In this document: in pieces, positions 1-8,179 of the stretch
Layout: each line of letters starts with the position of its first letter
How positions within the stretch are numbered: the stretch's first letter is position 1
Source of the DNA: an uncultured Bacteroidota bacterium
GTDB taxonomy: Bacteria > Bacteroidota > Bacteroidia > NS11-12g > UBA9320
Assembly: GCA_937124965.1 (NCBI GenBank)
Contig: CAKZLB010000016.1
Location: forward strand, 24,712-88,711
Length of the DNA: 64,000 nucleotides
Reading direction: 5' to 3'
The notes under the pieces: model-generated
Told to the model about the DNA's origin: nothing
The model's database searches: none
Seen by the model: the letters and a program-made list of their open reading frames with translations, nothing else
Translations under genes and position numbers: made by a program

Positions 1-793
1 GATCAGTAAGGTAAACATGATTGACGCTCAAGAGGAAGTAATTTTGGCACAACGAATCCGGGAAGGCGATCAAGCTGCATTGGAGAAATTAGTTAATGCC
101 AATCTGCGATTTGTGGTATCTGTATCAAAGCAATATCAAAACCAAGGGTTAACCTTGGGTGATTTAATAAACGAAGGAAATCTTGGACTAATCAAAGCGG
201 CAAAACGTTTTGATGAAACTCGTGGTTTCAAGTTTATCTCATACGCTGTTTGGTGGATTCGTCAAAGCATTCTTCAAGCATTAGCTGATCAATCAAGAAT
301 TGTTCGATTACCTCTAAATAAAGTAGGTTCTATCGGTAGAATTTCTGCAACTGCAGCAAAGTTGGAGCAAGAGCATGAGCGCGAGCCAACAGCTGAGGAA
401 ATTGCAAAAGCCCTAGACATTCCGGTAACGGAAGTTGAAAATGCGTTCAAGACTTCAGGAAGACATTTAAGTATTGATGCTCCATTAACAGAAGGGGAGG
501 ACAATACATTACTTGGGGTGTTGGACAACAACGACGAGCCAGATCCAGACAATCCATTGTTAAACGAGTCTCTTCAAAAAGAGATCAACCGTGTAATTTC
601 TACACTTTCTGAAAAAGAAAGAGATGTGTTGAAATACTATTATGGTTTAGATGGTGGACCAGCGCATACGCTGGAAGATATTTCGGAAAAGGTTGGTTTA
701 ACACGAGAGCGTGTTCGTCAGATCAAAGAAAAAGCATTACGAAGATTACGTAAATCTTCAAAAAGCAAAATCCTTAAGTCTTACTTAGGATAA
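1..793 (+). CDS. rpoD: RNA polymerase primary sigma factor (sigma-70/RpoD, short Bacteroidetes type). 5' partial: the reading frame is open from the window edge (codons begin at nt 2).
   Basis: Regions 2.1-2.4 ([48 protein letters not shown]), region 3 and region 4.2 ([27 protein letters not shown]) are read directly from the translation. There is no stop upstream of the ATG at 17 in this frame. Confidence 0.9.
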   Translation, partial: ISKVNMIDAQEEVILAQRIREGDQAALEKLVNANLRFVVSVSKQYQNQGLTLGDLINEGNLGLIKAAKRFDETRGFKFISYAVWWIRQSILQALADQSRIVRLPLNKVGSIGRISATAAKLEQEHEREPTAEEIAKALDIPVTEVENAFKTSGRHLSIDAPLTEGEDNTLLGVLDNNDEPDPDNPLLNESLQKEINRVISTLSEKERDVLKYYYGLDGGPAHTLEDISEKVGLTRERVRQIKEKALRRLRKSSKSKILKSYLG

Positions 794-810
794 TAAAAAA
801 CTAAATTTTA

Positions 811-846
811 GAAAGGCTCAACTTCGGTTGGGCCTTTCATTTTTTG
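811..846. terminator. Bidirectional intrinsic terminator between the convergent rpoD and dinD genes.
   Basis: Stem aggctcaac (814-822) pairs with gttgggcct (827-835), 9 bp with one G-U, around a UUCG tetraloop. A T-tract (ttcatttttt) follows on the + strand and an A/T-rich tract on the - strand. The dinD stop codon lies inside the T-tract. Confidence 0.6.
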
Positions 847-1679
847 TCCTTTTTTATTTCTTTTAGTATTTTCTTTTCCGTACTTCCAATTCTTCTTTGA
901 ACTTTTTTAACATCTTCCGCAGGTGGCAAACGTTCTGGCTTTACCCCTCTTTTAAGTAAGATGTGTCTTACTTCCTTGTTATTATCAATGTGTTCCTTAG
1001 CTATTGGATTATCTCCTATTAAATCTTTGTCCACCACATTATGACTTGTCAACTCCGTTGCGAAATCTTTAGCTTTTATTAGTAGAGTTGGAAGAAAGTC
1101 CGCCAATGGTCTACCAGTCGGTACACCCAATTTGTTTTTCATAAATTGAGTTGTTTTACCACCAAATAAAGCTTTGTCACCCTCTGAACGAATAGACGCA
1201 AAACTTCTATTGTCTACTCCTCTTTCGTAAATAATACCAGATAATTTCTTTTCTGATTTAGATAGTTTTTCTCGAGCATTAACTCTGTCAATATCCAAGA
1301 ACCGTTTTTCGATTAGTTCTTGCTTTCTTGTTTGAACTGCAAAGTAAGTTTGTGCAAAAGCTATTTCAGGTTTTGTTGAATCCCCATTTTGTGCAATTAA
1401 GTAACAGGCATATCTTGTTAATGCAATATCTTGAATTTCTCTTTGGCCTCCTTTTCCAATTTCTATCATTTTGTTGACTTCAACGAAATGATCCGAAGAA
1501 CTTTCACCTGAATTCTCGCAAGCGCTTACCGCTTTTTGAATAATGTTTGAAAAATTACGCCAATCAGTGTAGCCTAAAATATCTTGTGTTTCTCTTGCAC
1601 TCCAGCATTCAAGTCCGTTAAGGTTGTAACAGGCATCTTGGAATTTTTTAAATAATTCTGCTATTAATTCTTTTTTCAT
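837..1679 (-). CDS. dinD: DNA-damage-inducible protein D (DinD)-like protein.
   Basis: 280 aa. The block WSARETQDILGYTDWRNFSNIIQKAVSACENSGESSSDHF...ALTRYACYLIAQNGDSTKPEIAFAQTYFAVQTRKQE matches what I recall of the enterobacterial DinD family (SARxLGxLLGY..ACENSG..DHF..LSRYACYL..QTYFA). This is from memory and not searched. Confidence 0.6.
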   Translation of the reverse strand: MKKELIAELFKKFQDACYNLNGLECWSARETQDILGYTDWRNFSNIIQKAVSACENSGESSSDHFVEVNKMIEIGKGGQREIQDIALTRYACYLIAQNGDSTKPEIAFAQTYFAVQTRKQELIEKRFLDIDRVNAREKLSKSEKKLSGIIYERGVDNRSFASIRSEGDKALFGGKTTQFMKNKLGVPTGRPLADFLPTLLIKAKDFATELTSHNVVDKDLIGDNPIAKEHIDNNKEVRHILLKRGVKPERLPPAEDVKKVQRRIGSTEKKILKEIKKDKK

Positions 1680-1834
1680 GTGATGAATTTGGTATTTCTT
1701 ATGAGTGTTTAGATTTATTAGACTTCGAAAGGTTTAGAATGACTTACCGAAAGTGCTGGTGTTATGGTTGTCTTATTAATATCATTCACTATTTAATTTC
1801 AGACAGTTCTTGCTGCTATTTGATGAAGGAATCC

Positions 1835-2146
1835 TCAACTCCATTTGTCCATTTTAACTTTTAAGTCACTCGACTCAATCAATAGACCATTTTTGGAATC
1901 TTCTAAAGACTGGTCAATTCGAGTATTAAGCTCTTCAATAGTAAGTGGTTTAGGGGCTTCTCCGTCGGATTTCAATCCTTCTTTTCTTAGAATATTTTCC
2001 AATCGTGTGATTACATCTTCACTTTGAACTTTTAAAAATTCTTTGATAAACTCTAATTTTCTTGTTTGTAAATCCATCGGAGATTTCTTTGTCTCGAAGA
2101 TACAAATAATCCAATTGTGCTCTGTGGACGCTCGGAGGATACTCAC
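1835..2146 (-). CDS. Hypothetical 103-aa protein with no recognisable domain. It lies between dinD and the ectopic rpoD fragment.
   Basis: ORF only. Coding status is uncertain. Confidence 0.3.
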   Translation of the reverse strand: MSILRASTEHNWIICIFETKKSPMDLQTRKLEFIKEFLKVQSEDVITRLENILRKEGLKSDGEAPKPLTIEELNTRIDQSLEDSKNGLLIESSDLKVKMDKWS

Positions 2147-2169
2147 TTACATCGTAAAGCATACAAATG

Positions 2170-2281
2170 GTTTTGATGAAACACGTGGTTTCAAGTTTAT
2201 CTCATACGCTGTTTGGTGGATTCGTCAAAGTATTCTTCAAGTATTAGCTGATCAATCAAGAATTGTTCGCTTACCTTTAAA
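2170..2281 (+). repeat. Ectopic copy of a 112-bp internal rpoD segment (sigma regions 2.2-2.4/3.0). It is a direct repeat of 217-328 with 107/112 identical positions.
   Basis: Aligned by eye with a +1953 offset. The mismatches are at 230, 279, 289, 317 and 324. The flanks are unrelated to rpoD. It is embedded in the spurious-looking 95-aa ORF 2043..2330. Confidence 0.85.
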
Positions 2282-2439
2282 CCTGAGTTCGTTTTGGAGT
2301 TATGTGCGATTTCATTACATGCTGTTTTAAGCATTTCATAGTATGTATCCGCTTGATTTTCTGACCAATGTTTTGCAGTGTAATTCCAAATAGTTGTTAA
2401 GTCATTAATGGCTTCTTGCCTCATTATGAGTTTAGCCAT
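2197..2439 (-). CDS. parE: Type II toxin-antitoxin system toxin, ParE/RelE family.
   Basis: 80 aa. The N-terminal pattern is (A)[37 protein letters not shown]. It overlaps the upstream antitoxin ORF by 8 nt. Confidence 0.6.
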   Translation of the reverse strand: MAKLIMRQEAINDLTTIWNYTAKHWSENQADTYYEMLKTACNEIAHNSKTNSGLKVSEQFLIDQLILEEYFDESTKQRMR

Positions 2440-2683
2440 TTTTTCGTTTTTTTGATTTGAGTTTCACAAGGTGTTCGTCAAAATCAAAATTTTCAACTCT
2501 TGGACTATTTAATCCATCTTGAATAGCATTTTTAAGATTAGTTGCCTTACTTTCTTCATTTTCCAAGAGACGAAGTCCTGCTCTAATTATTTCACTAACA
2601 TTTTTATATCGTCCGGCAGCTATCTGATTTTGCACAAATTAATCAAAATAATCTCCAAGTGATATTGATGTGTTTTTACTCAT
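2432..2683 (-). pseudogene. parD: ParD-family (RHH) antitoxin interrupted by an in-frame TAA (2639-2641) after codon 14. A GTG at 2635 could reinitiate a 67-aa N-terminally truncated product.
   Basis: The minus-strand translation from the ATG at 2683 reads MSKNTSISLGDYFD*FVQNQIAAGRYKNVSEIIRAGLRLLE.... This matches the ParD N-terminus consensus (MxxNTSxSLGxxFDxFIxxQVxxGRYxSASEVxRAGLRLLE) on both sides of the stop. Confidence 0.6.
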
Positions 2684-2783
2684 GATGTAATCTTTTACCA
2701 AATGTGCCAAAAATTGGTAAAATGTTCAAATGAGGTAGTGCGCTTTTACAACTAACCAAGTTATCAAAAGAAGCGAAAAATTA

Positions 2784-4373
2784 TCACTCCTTCTCCCAAT
2801 ACTCACTCATTTGAGCTTCGGCTTGACGTATCCAACTATCGTTTTGGATTAACGAGTCTTGATTTATCCAAGTCACTTTGCTATGTCGGGCGTCGGTCAA
2901 CGTTAGTTCAGGAATACTACCTCCAATATATTCTCCTTTATCGCCGGCTTTGGTTACAATGGTACTCAGCCACATAAACCTAGGTTTGCCATCAACTATG
3001 CGAACGAACGGACGACTTTCAGCTGGATAGTTTTTGCTCCAATCATAGTTCTTTTTGCTTTCAATGATTTTAGCCGTAATTGCACTACTTCCGATATACG
3101 AGTCTTTCGTTTTTCGATGGTCAATGAAGTATACTTTTTCGTCAGTATCGCCTGGAATTAATAAGCTCAAACTCAATCCTTTTTTACTCTCTTCGTACGG
3201 TTCTAATCCAAAAAAGTGGTACAACTTTTCATCATTTTTAACCTTAAAATAGGTCACAAATGGCTGTGGGTTTACATCGTTAGGCAATCTTGGGATCCGA
3301 ATATCGCCTTCGTGATAAAAAGGCATCGGTGCAAAAAAACCATTGGAAAAACGGAAGCTTTCGGCAGTAAAAGCAGCCACTCTTCGTGGAATAATATTTT
3401 GACCCTTTAAAAACGCGAACTCAGAAATTCGAGGAACAGAAACATAATCACCTCTACCTAACAAAACACGTTTCCAATACACGTCTTCGTCCCGTTTTTC
3501 GTGAATTACAAAAACACCATCAAACACAGGTCGAGGAAATAAAATTCCTTTCCAACGTACAATCGGTACTACTTGAACCCAGTGTCCATTATTGTCTTGA
3601 AGATATAATGGCGTTGCTGCTTCGCAATTTAAATATTGACTAATGTTAAATCGCTTCGTCACAGAGGCTTCCGTCTTTTTGCTAAACAACAAAAGCTCTC
3701 CAATATCAAAATTGACATCTTTTCTATATTTTCCGGAAAAGACAGGAGCCGGTAAGTTAGACGGCACATGCAAAATTTCGTACATGTTTTTTTGAAACTG
3801 TTGAAGCTTATAAGACCTCGATGGTCCAACGGCGCAACTAAAATAATACTGTCCGTCGTTGCCTCGAATGAATCTTGGCTCTGTAGCATCTTCGGTTTCA
3901 GAAAGTGCTTCTTGGTTTATTAACGTTCGTACCGAATGGATGGGCTGAATCCGTTCAAAATCTGTTTCGGGAAGCTCAGCCAGCGAAACTTTATTGATGG
4001 TTGAATAGTGAAAATACAAACTCAAATATTTGTAGATTCCTGGACCTGCAAAAAACGAAAACGCCCCAAAGCCTATTAACAAAATGGTAGAGAACACATT
4101 CTTCTTTCCTCCACGTTTCGACCACCCCTTAAAATACCAAACCAGAATTAACAAACATACCACAACAAGAAGGGCATACTTTCGGATGCCTAAAACAGTT
4201 GATTGTAACCCTGCACGATTAATGAATAAAAGTGCAACAATTAACAGAAAAAGTACCGTACTCCAAATGGGTTTGCGTTTGAAATAGGTCTTGAGACTCG
4301 TCCATAACTTGGTTCTGATGTTGTAAACAATCCAGTATAGGCGGTTTGTGATTTCTGGTTTAGGCTCTGTCAT
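2784..4373 (-). CDS. Polytopic membrane protein of unknown family: 3-4 N-terminal TM helices plus a roughly 400-aa C-terminal domain. It is the last gene of the candidate operon.
   Basis: 529 aa. Hydrophobic segments include IWSTVLFLLIVALLFI, YALLVVVCLLILVWYF and VFSTILLIGFGAFSFFAGPGIY. There is a 6-nt gap to the upstream gene. Confidence 0.7.
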   Translation of the reverse strand: MTEPKPEITNRLYWIVYNIRTKLWTSLKTYFKRKPIWSTVLFLLIVALLFINRAGLQSTVLGIRKYALLVVVCLLILVWYFKGWSKRGGKKNVFSTILLIGFGAFSFFAGPGIYKYLSLYFHYSTINKVSLAELPETDFERIQPIHSVRTLINQEALSETEDATEPRFIRGNDGQYYFSCAVGPSRSYKLQQFQKNMYEILHVPSNLPAPVFSGKYRKDVNFDIGELLLFSKKTEASVTKRFNISQYLNCEAATPLYLQDNNGHWVQVVPIVRWKGILFPRPVFDGVFVIHEKRDEDVYWKRVLLGRGDYVSVPRISEFAFLKGQNIIPRRVAAFTAESFRFSNGFFAPMPFYHEGDIRIPRLPNDVNPQPFVTYFKVKNDEKLYHFFGLEPYEESKKGLSLSLLIPGDTDEKVYFIDHRKTKDSYIGSSAITAKIIESKKNYDWSKNYPAESRPFVRIVDGKPRFMWLSTIVTKAGDKGEYIGGSIPELTLTDARHSKVTWINQDSLIQNDSWIRQAEAQMSEYWEKE

Positions 4374-4379
4374 ACTGTA

Positions 4380-4895
4380 TTATTTGTCTAAAAAGTCCTT
4401 AATACCTTTTCTCCAATCTTCGTCTTTATCGTCTTTTTTAGGAGGAGACTTTATCTCATCACGCTCAGGTTTGGGTGTTTCGACGTTTATAGGTTTAACT
4501 TCTTTTATATCCGCTTCAATTGCATCAATTTTTCTGAGCGTTTCATTGGCTTTTTTTAAACCTTTAGGTAGTTTATTGGCTATAAATGGGCCTACATAAA
4601 ACCCTATGATTACAGCAACTAAGGCTATCCCACCTTGAAGAAAAGTTATGAGTGGGTTTAGGTTACCCAACCACCAAGTAATGTACATGAAGACGCCTGT
4701 TATTATAATAGCTGGTACAACACGTTTTGAAAAAGGTTGATTGCGAATAAAGGTGTCATCAATGGATGGATGCAACGGATCCTTGTGACTTAAGTCGTAC
4801 CATCGTTTGTACCAAGCTTGTCCTTTTTTATGATCCCATAAAACGAAAAGGATGCCTAAAACTAAACCGATAATGAGCGAAAGTATTGAGTCCAT
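4380..4895 (-). CDS. Small 2-TM membrane protein with a lysine/aspartate/glutamate-rich C-terminal tail. Unknown family.
   Basis: 171 aa. TM segments are VVPAIIITGVFMYITWWLG and GGIALVAVIIGFYVGPFI. The tail is KPINVETPKPERDEIKSPPKKDDKDEDWRK. There is a 2-nt gap to the upstream gene. Confidence 0.65.
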   Translation of the reverse strand: MDSILSLIIGLVLGILFVLWDHKKGQAWYKRWYDLSHKDPLHPSIDDTFIRNQPFSKRVVPAIIITGVFMYITWWLGNLNPLITFLQGGIALVAVIIGFYVGPFIANKLPKGLKKANETLRKIDAIEADIKEVKPINVETPKPERDEIKSPPKKDDKDEDWRKGIKDFLDK

Positions 4896-4897
4896 AA

Positions 4898-6172
4898 TTA
4901 TTGGATTAAGTGATTGTAAATGTCTTTATGTTTCAAAATTTTATCGATAATCCATTGTTGGGTCTGGTCGTCCCACGATTGGTAATCGGTGTAGAATTTT
5001 GATTTATCAAAAAGGTACGTAATAACAGGGTTTGAATCATTGATATTAGACAACATCTTCCAAAGCACTTTTTTGTCACGTTGATTCAGATGACTCTTTG
5101 GATTGAGCAAGTAAGGAAAAAGGGATTGTGGCAAATCATCCGCGTTAATATTCTTTCCATCTCTTACGTCTCCAATTAATCGTTCAAATTCAAAATAAAC
5201 ATCTGGCAGATGCCCGTCTTGGAGTAATTTGTTTATCAGTCCTTTTTTCTGATTTTTATTTAATGAGATGTAATCATACTTTTTTCCTGAAGCGCTTATT
5301 GCACTCAACAGTACCTGCTCTTGCATCAAGTCAAGCATTGCTGGAAACTGGGCGTAAATGCTCAAATCGTTTGATATTAATCCAGCATTGTACAAGTAAC
5401 TCACCAGACTTGGGTCTTTGATATTATACTCTATATGGCCGTGTTTTGTTTCGCCAGAAACACTGGTTTTATTCCCACCATAAACGAGCAAGGGTTTGTT
5501 ATTTTTAAGTTTTTTAAAGACATATAATCCGTCAAAAGCCACCGTATGAAACGTGTCAATTTCATTAAATGGATGCGTCGGAATGTCGAGTTTCATGTAG
5601 CGTAAGTCACCATGTTTTTTGCATGATTCAATAATCTCTTTTCGCAAATCGTCATTCGACCAGGCATTTGGTTTATCGTAAAATTCGCTGATAAGCTCTC
5701 GTTGTTTTTGCGCTGCAAGCATTATTCGATCAACACTGTAGAAATTTACCTTGATGTAATCAATCATTAATAAATCTTGTGGTGATCTATACGCCGTAAT
5801 TTCTTGGTCCAATTCAAACCACAAACCAGATCGCGTAGTAATATCGGTGATTTGGTCTTTATAATGTTTGAATATTTTCTGATGTATTTGTCGATCGAAA
5901 CTATGATACGGCATGTATATAGCGCTATCTTCTTGTTTCGGAGTGATGATAATTCCGTATGGATTGGCAAGTCCATGCGATAAGTAAAAACGGTCATCTT
6001 GTTCTTCTGCAATCTGCGGGCTCCATCCCCAACCATCAATGTGAAACTGTTTTAATTTGGTAGGAGCGAGGCCAATATCTTCCAAGCACTCGTTGTACCG
6101 CTTTACTAACGATGGCGAGTAAATATCCACCAAATTGTGACCAAAAAGTTCGCTTTCGATAAGTTTAATCAT
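4898..6172 (-). CDS. Hypothetical 424-aa soluble protein with no recognised motif. Operon member.
   Basis: Long uninterrupted ORF. It overlaps the upstream AAA gene by 8 nt, suggesting translational coupling. Confidence 0.65.
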   Translation of the reverse strand: MIKLIESELFGHNLVDIYSPSLVKRYNECLEDIGLAPTKLKQFHIDGWGWSPQIAEEQDDRFYLSHGLANPYGIIITPKQEDSAIYMPYHSFDRQIHQKIFKHYKDQITDITTRSGLWFELDQEITAYRSPQDLLMIDYIKVNFYSVDRIMLAAQKQRELISEFYDKPNAWSNDDLRKEIIESCKKHGDLRYMKLDIPTHPFNEIDTFHTVAFDGLYVFKKLKNNKPLLVYGGNKTSVSGETKHGHIEYNIKDPSLVSYLYNAGLISNDLSIYAQFPAMLDLMQEQVLLSAISASGKKYDYISLNKNQKKGLINKLLQDGHLPDVYFEFERLIGDVRDGKNINADDLPQSLFPYLLNPKSHLNQRDKKVLWKMLSNINDSNPVITYLFDKSKFYTDYQSWDDQTQQWIIDKILKHKDIYNHLIQ

Positions 6173-8126
6173 GAATGTTTCCGTTCATTAATTCTTTATT
6201 CGCTTGTTGTTGAATGTACAAACGTTTTGCCTGTTCCTTAATTTCTCTATTTACACCAGTTTGGTTAATTCGAATACTATTTTCTATATAGTTCAAAGCT
6301 TCATACAGTCGGATATCTCCAAATGAAACCCCTTTCATATTCTGCTTCATTAGGTCTTTCAATATGATGATTTTTTTGTCATACGGTTGCGTGAAAAAAT
6401 CATCTTTGTTGCTCCACCAAACCTCTGGTAGGTCAAAATCTATCAATCGAGCGTCAACTGCTTTTTGAATATTTCGAAGATCTCTCGAAGAAAAGAACGG
6501 ATATTTCTGTAACACCGATTCATAAAACTTACCAAAAAATTGATGCGCATCGACATCTACTTGTTTGGATGTGTTATAAAACATTTCTTCAAGTTCTGGG
6601 ATTTGAAACGAGTATTTTGTTTCAACCAACTCGTTGATGGATGCCGCAGCTTGTTGCGCGTCCATGTATTTGTAGTTTTTAGGATCCTGATTGTCAATGA
6701 ATTTTTTATCTAGTTCCGTATATTTCTTCCACCACAAATAATCTTGATCCATGAAATCAAACTCACTAGAAGCACCTTCCATTGATATCCGCATCTGAAT
6801 TCTAGACAGCACCGCCTTATCAATTTGATCCGGAATATTTGTGAATAGACTGATCAAACGATTACCAAGATTTACTGCGTACGCACCTTCAGTATTCCGA
6901 AGGAAAACGCCTATGAATTCTCTTACACCCGCCGAAACACCTTGTCTGGTTCGTTCTTCTAAATTGTTTTCTGCATCATCAATAGGAGCAAAAACAATTT
7001 TATTAGGATCTTGCATTGGTTTAAACCATTCCATTGCTCGTTCTGCAGTTCCACCTTGAAACGTAGAAACGATGGTTTCTGGCAATGGCCAAAAAAGAAA
7101 TGGATATCCTAAATCGTCGCATCGTTCTTGAATTAACGTCGCAGTTGCAGCAATAAGCATACTTTTTCCAGTACCAGGTTTTCCATCGGCCATGGTTATG
7201 GAAGGTAATCCACCAAGCTCATTGATAGGGTTCATTTTTGCATCAAAATCGTAACACAATAACCTCTCTGCATAACGTTTAAAAAGATGTTTCGCCTGTT
7301 TATTAGCTACAATCGCCTCCATTCGAGTTGGATTGAATTGTGTACCCTTCACGGACACAGAAGAGGGCGATTCAAACCCTTGAATAACATATTGCGTTTT
7401 TTCAAGTTTGTAATGGTTTTGGGTAAAAGCTTCCGAATACTTTAATGCATTTTTTCGGAGAATTACTTCTTCCATTATTCGTTCAAAGTATAATAAGGTC
7501 AGCTTTACAAAGTGCAAGTCTGATACAACAACTCCTGAACGCTCTAAGTACGCCGCATAGTAATACATGCTACATTGAATCGCTTTCGAAGGTCGTGTTA
7601 AACTGACCTCAGGAATTCCTGCGAAGTCAATTTGAATAGACGAAACTTCATCCGAGCGATAATCGGCTAGTGCGTATTGAATAAATGTGGAAGCAGCAAA
7701 AAGTAAGATTGCACTTTGTGTTTGACTTTTATCATGAAACTCTGGGAGTTCAGATTGATGCAAACTGCCATTTTTGTTTTTTTGATGAAGCAATTCTAAA
7801 CCACTTGCGTCGCCATATAGCTTGGCAATGTGTTTTCCGATGCTGTAACCTTTGCGTATTGCATTCATTACTTGATTGCTCGCATTCGATAATATCACAC
7901 GATCGTTGCTAATTCGGACCGCCTCTTTTAATACACTCGATTGATCTTCCTGTTGCAAATCCATTGCTTTTGACACATTGGACAAGAAGTTTAAATTGAT
8001 AGCATTTGCACCCGATTTATTGTCAGGCTTCCAACTAACTTGTTTTAAGTACGTGGTAATTTCTTCTTTATACTGATCTAAGTCGTCTTCTTTTATTTTT
8101 AATAAGGATGATTCTTGTTTTTCCAT
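6165..8126 (-). CDS. Classical-clade AAA ATPase with Vps4/katanin/spastin-like sensor region, carrying a roughly 300-aa N-terminal domain of unknown type.
   Basis: 653 aa. Walker A is GKPGTGKS. A Walker B-like motif is KIVFAPIDDAE. The sensor-1/SRH stretch VNLGNRLISLFTNIPDQIDKAVLSRIQMRISM resembles Vps4 (ATNIPWxLDxAIRRRFEKRIYIPLP). Confidence 0.75.
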   Translation of the reverse strand: MEKQESSLLKIKEDDLDQYKEEITTYLKQVSWKPDNKSGANAINLNFLSNVSKAMDLQQEDQSSVLKEAVRISNDRVILSNASNQVMNAIRKGYSIGKHIAKLYGDASGLELLHQKNKNGSLHQSELPEFHDKSQTQSAILLFAASTFIQYALADYRSDEVSSIQIDFAGIPEVSLTRPSKAIQCSMYYYAAYLERSGVVVSDLHFVKLTLLYFERIMEEVILRKNALKYSEAFTQNHYKLEKTQYVIQGFESPSSVSVKGTQFNPTRMEAIVANKQAKHLFKRYAERLLCYDFDAKMNPINELGGLPSITMADGKPGTGKSMLIAATATLIQERCDDLGYPFLFWPLPETIVSTFQGGTAERAMEWFKPMQDPNKIVFAPIDDAENNLEERTRQGVSAGVREFIGVFLRNTEGAYAVNLGNRLISLFTNIPDQIDKAVLSRIQMRISMEGASSEFDFMDQDYLWWKKYTELDKKFIDNQDPKNYKYMDAQQAAASINELVETKYSFQIPELEEMFYNTSKQVDVDAHQFFGKFYESVLQKYPFFSSRDLRNIQKAVDARLIDFDLPEVWWSNKDDFFTQPYDKKIIILKDLMKQNMKGVSFGDIRLYEALNYIENSIRINQTGVNREIKEQAKRLYIQQQANKELMNGNIHD

Positions 8127-8179
8127 GTTTTACCAATATTGACAACTAAATCGTTTGATTTAATTGTCTTTTTTTCATG

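Noticed and set aside
289-552. Antisense ORFs inside strong genes: 289..552, 3055..3410, 5767..6039, 6841..7059, 7685..7912, 8373..8693, 9306..10160, 16263..16755, 18468..19272, 20740..21342, 35313..36582, 37455..39104, 47748..48378, 50750..51319, 53240..53776.
   Set aside because: Each lies wholly within, and opposite to, a longer ORF with clear homology. They are low-complexity frame artefacts.
217-2281. The 112-bp direct repeats as attL/attR of a tyrosine-integrase island.
   Set aside because: The repeat is an internal segment of rpoD, not a gene 3' end. No integrase gene is present, and rpoD is intact through its own copy. Illegitimate recombination or paralogue decay fits better.
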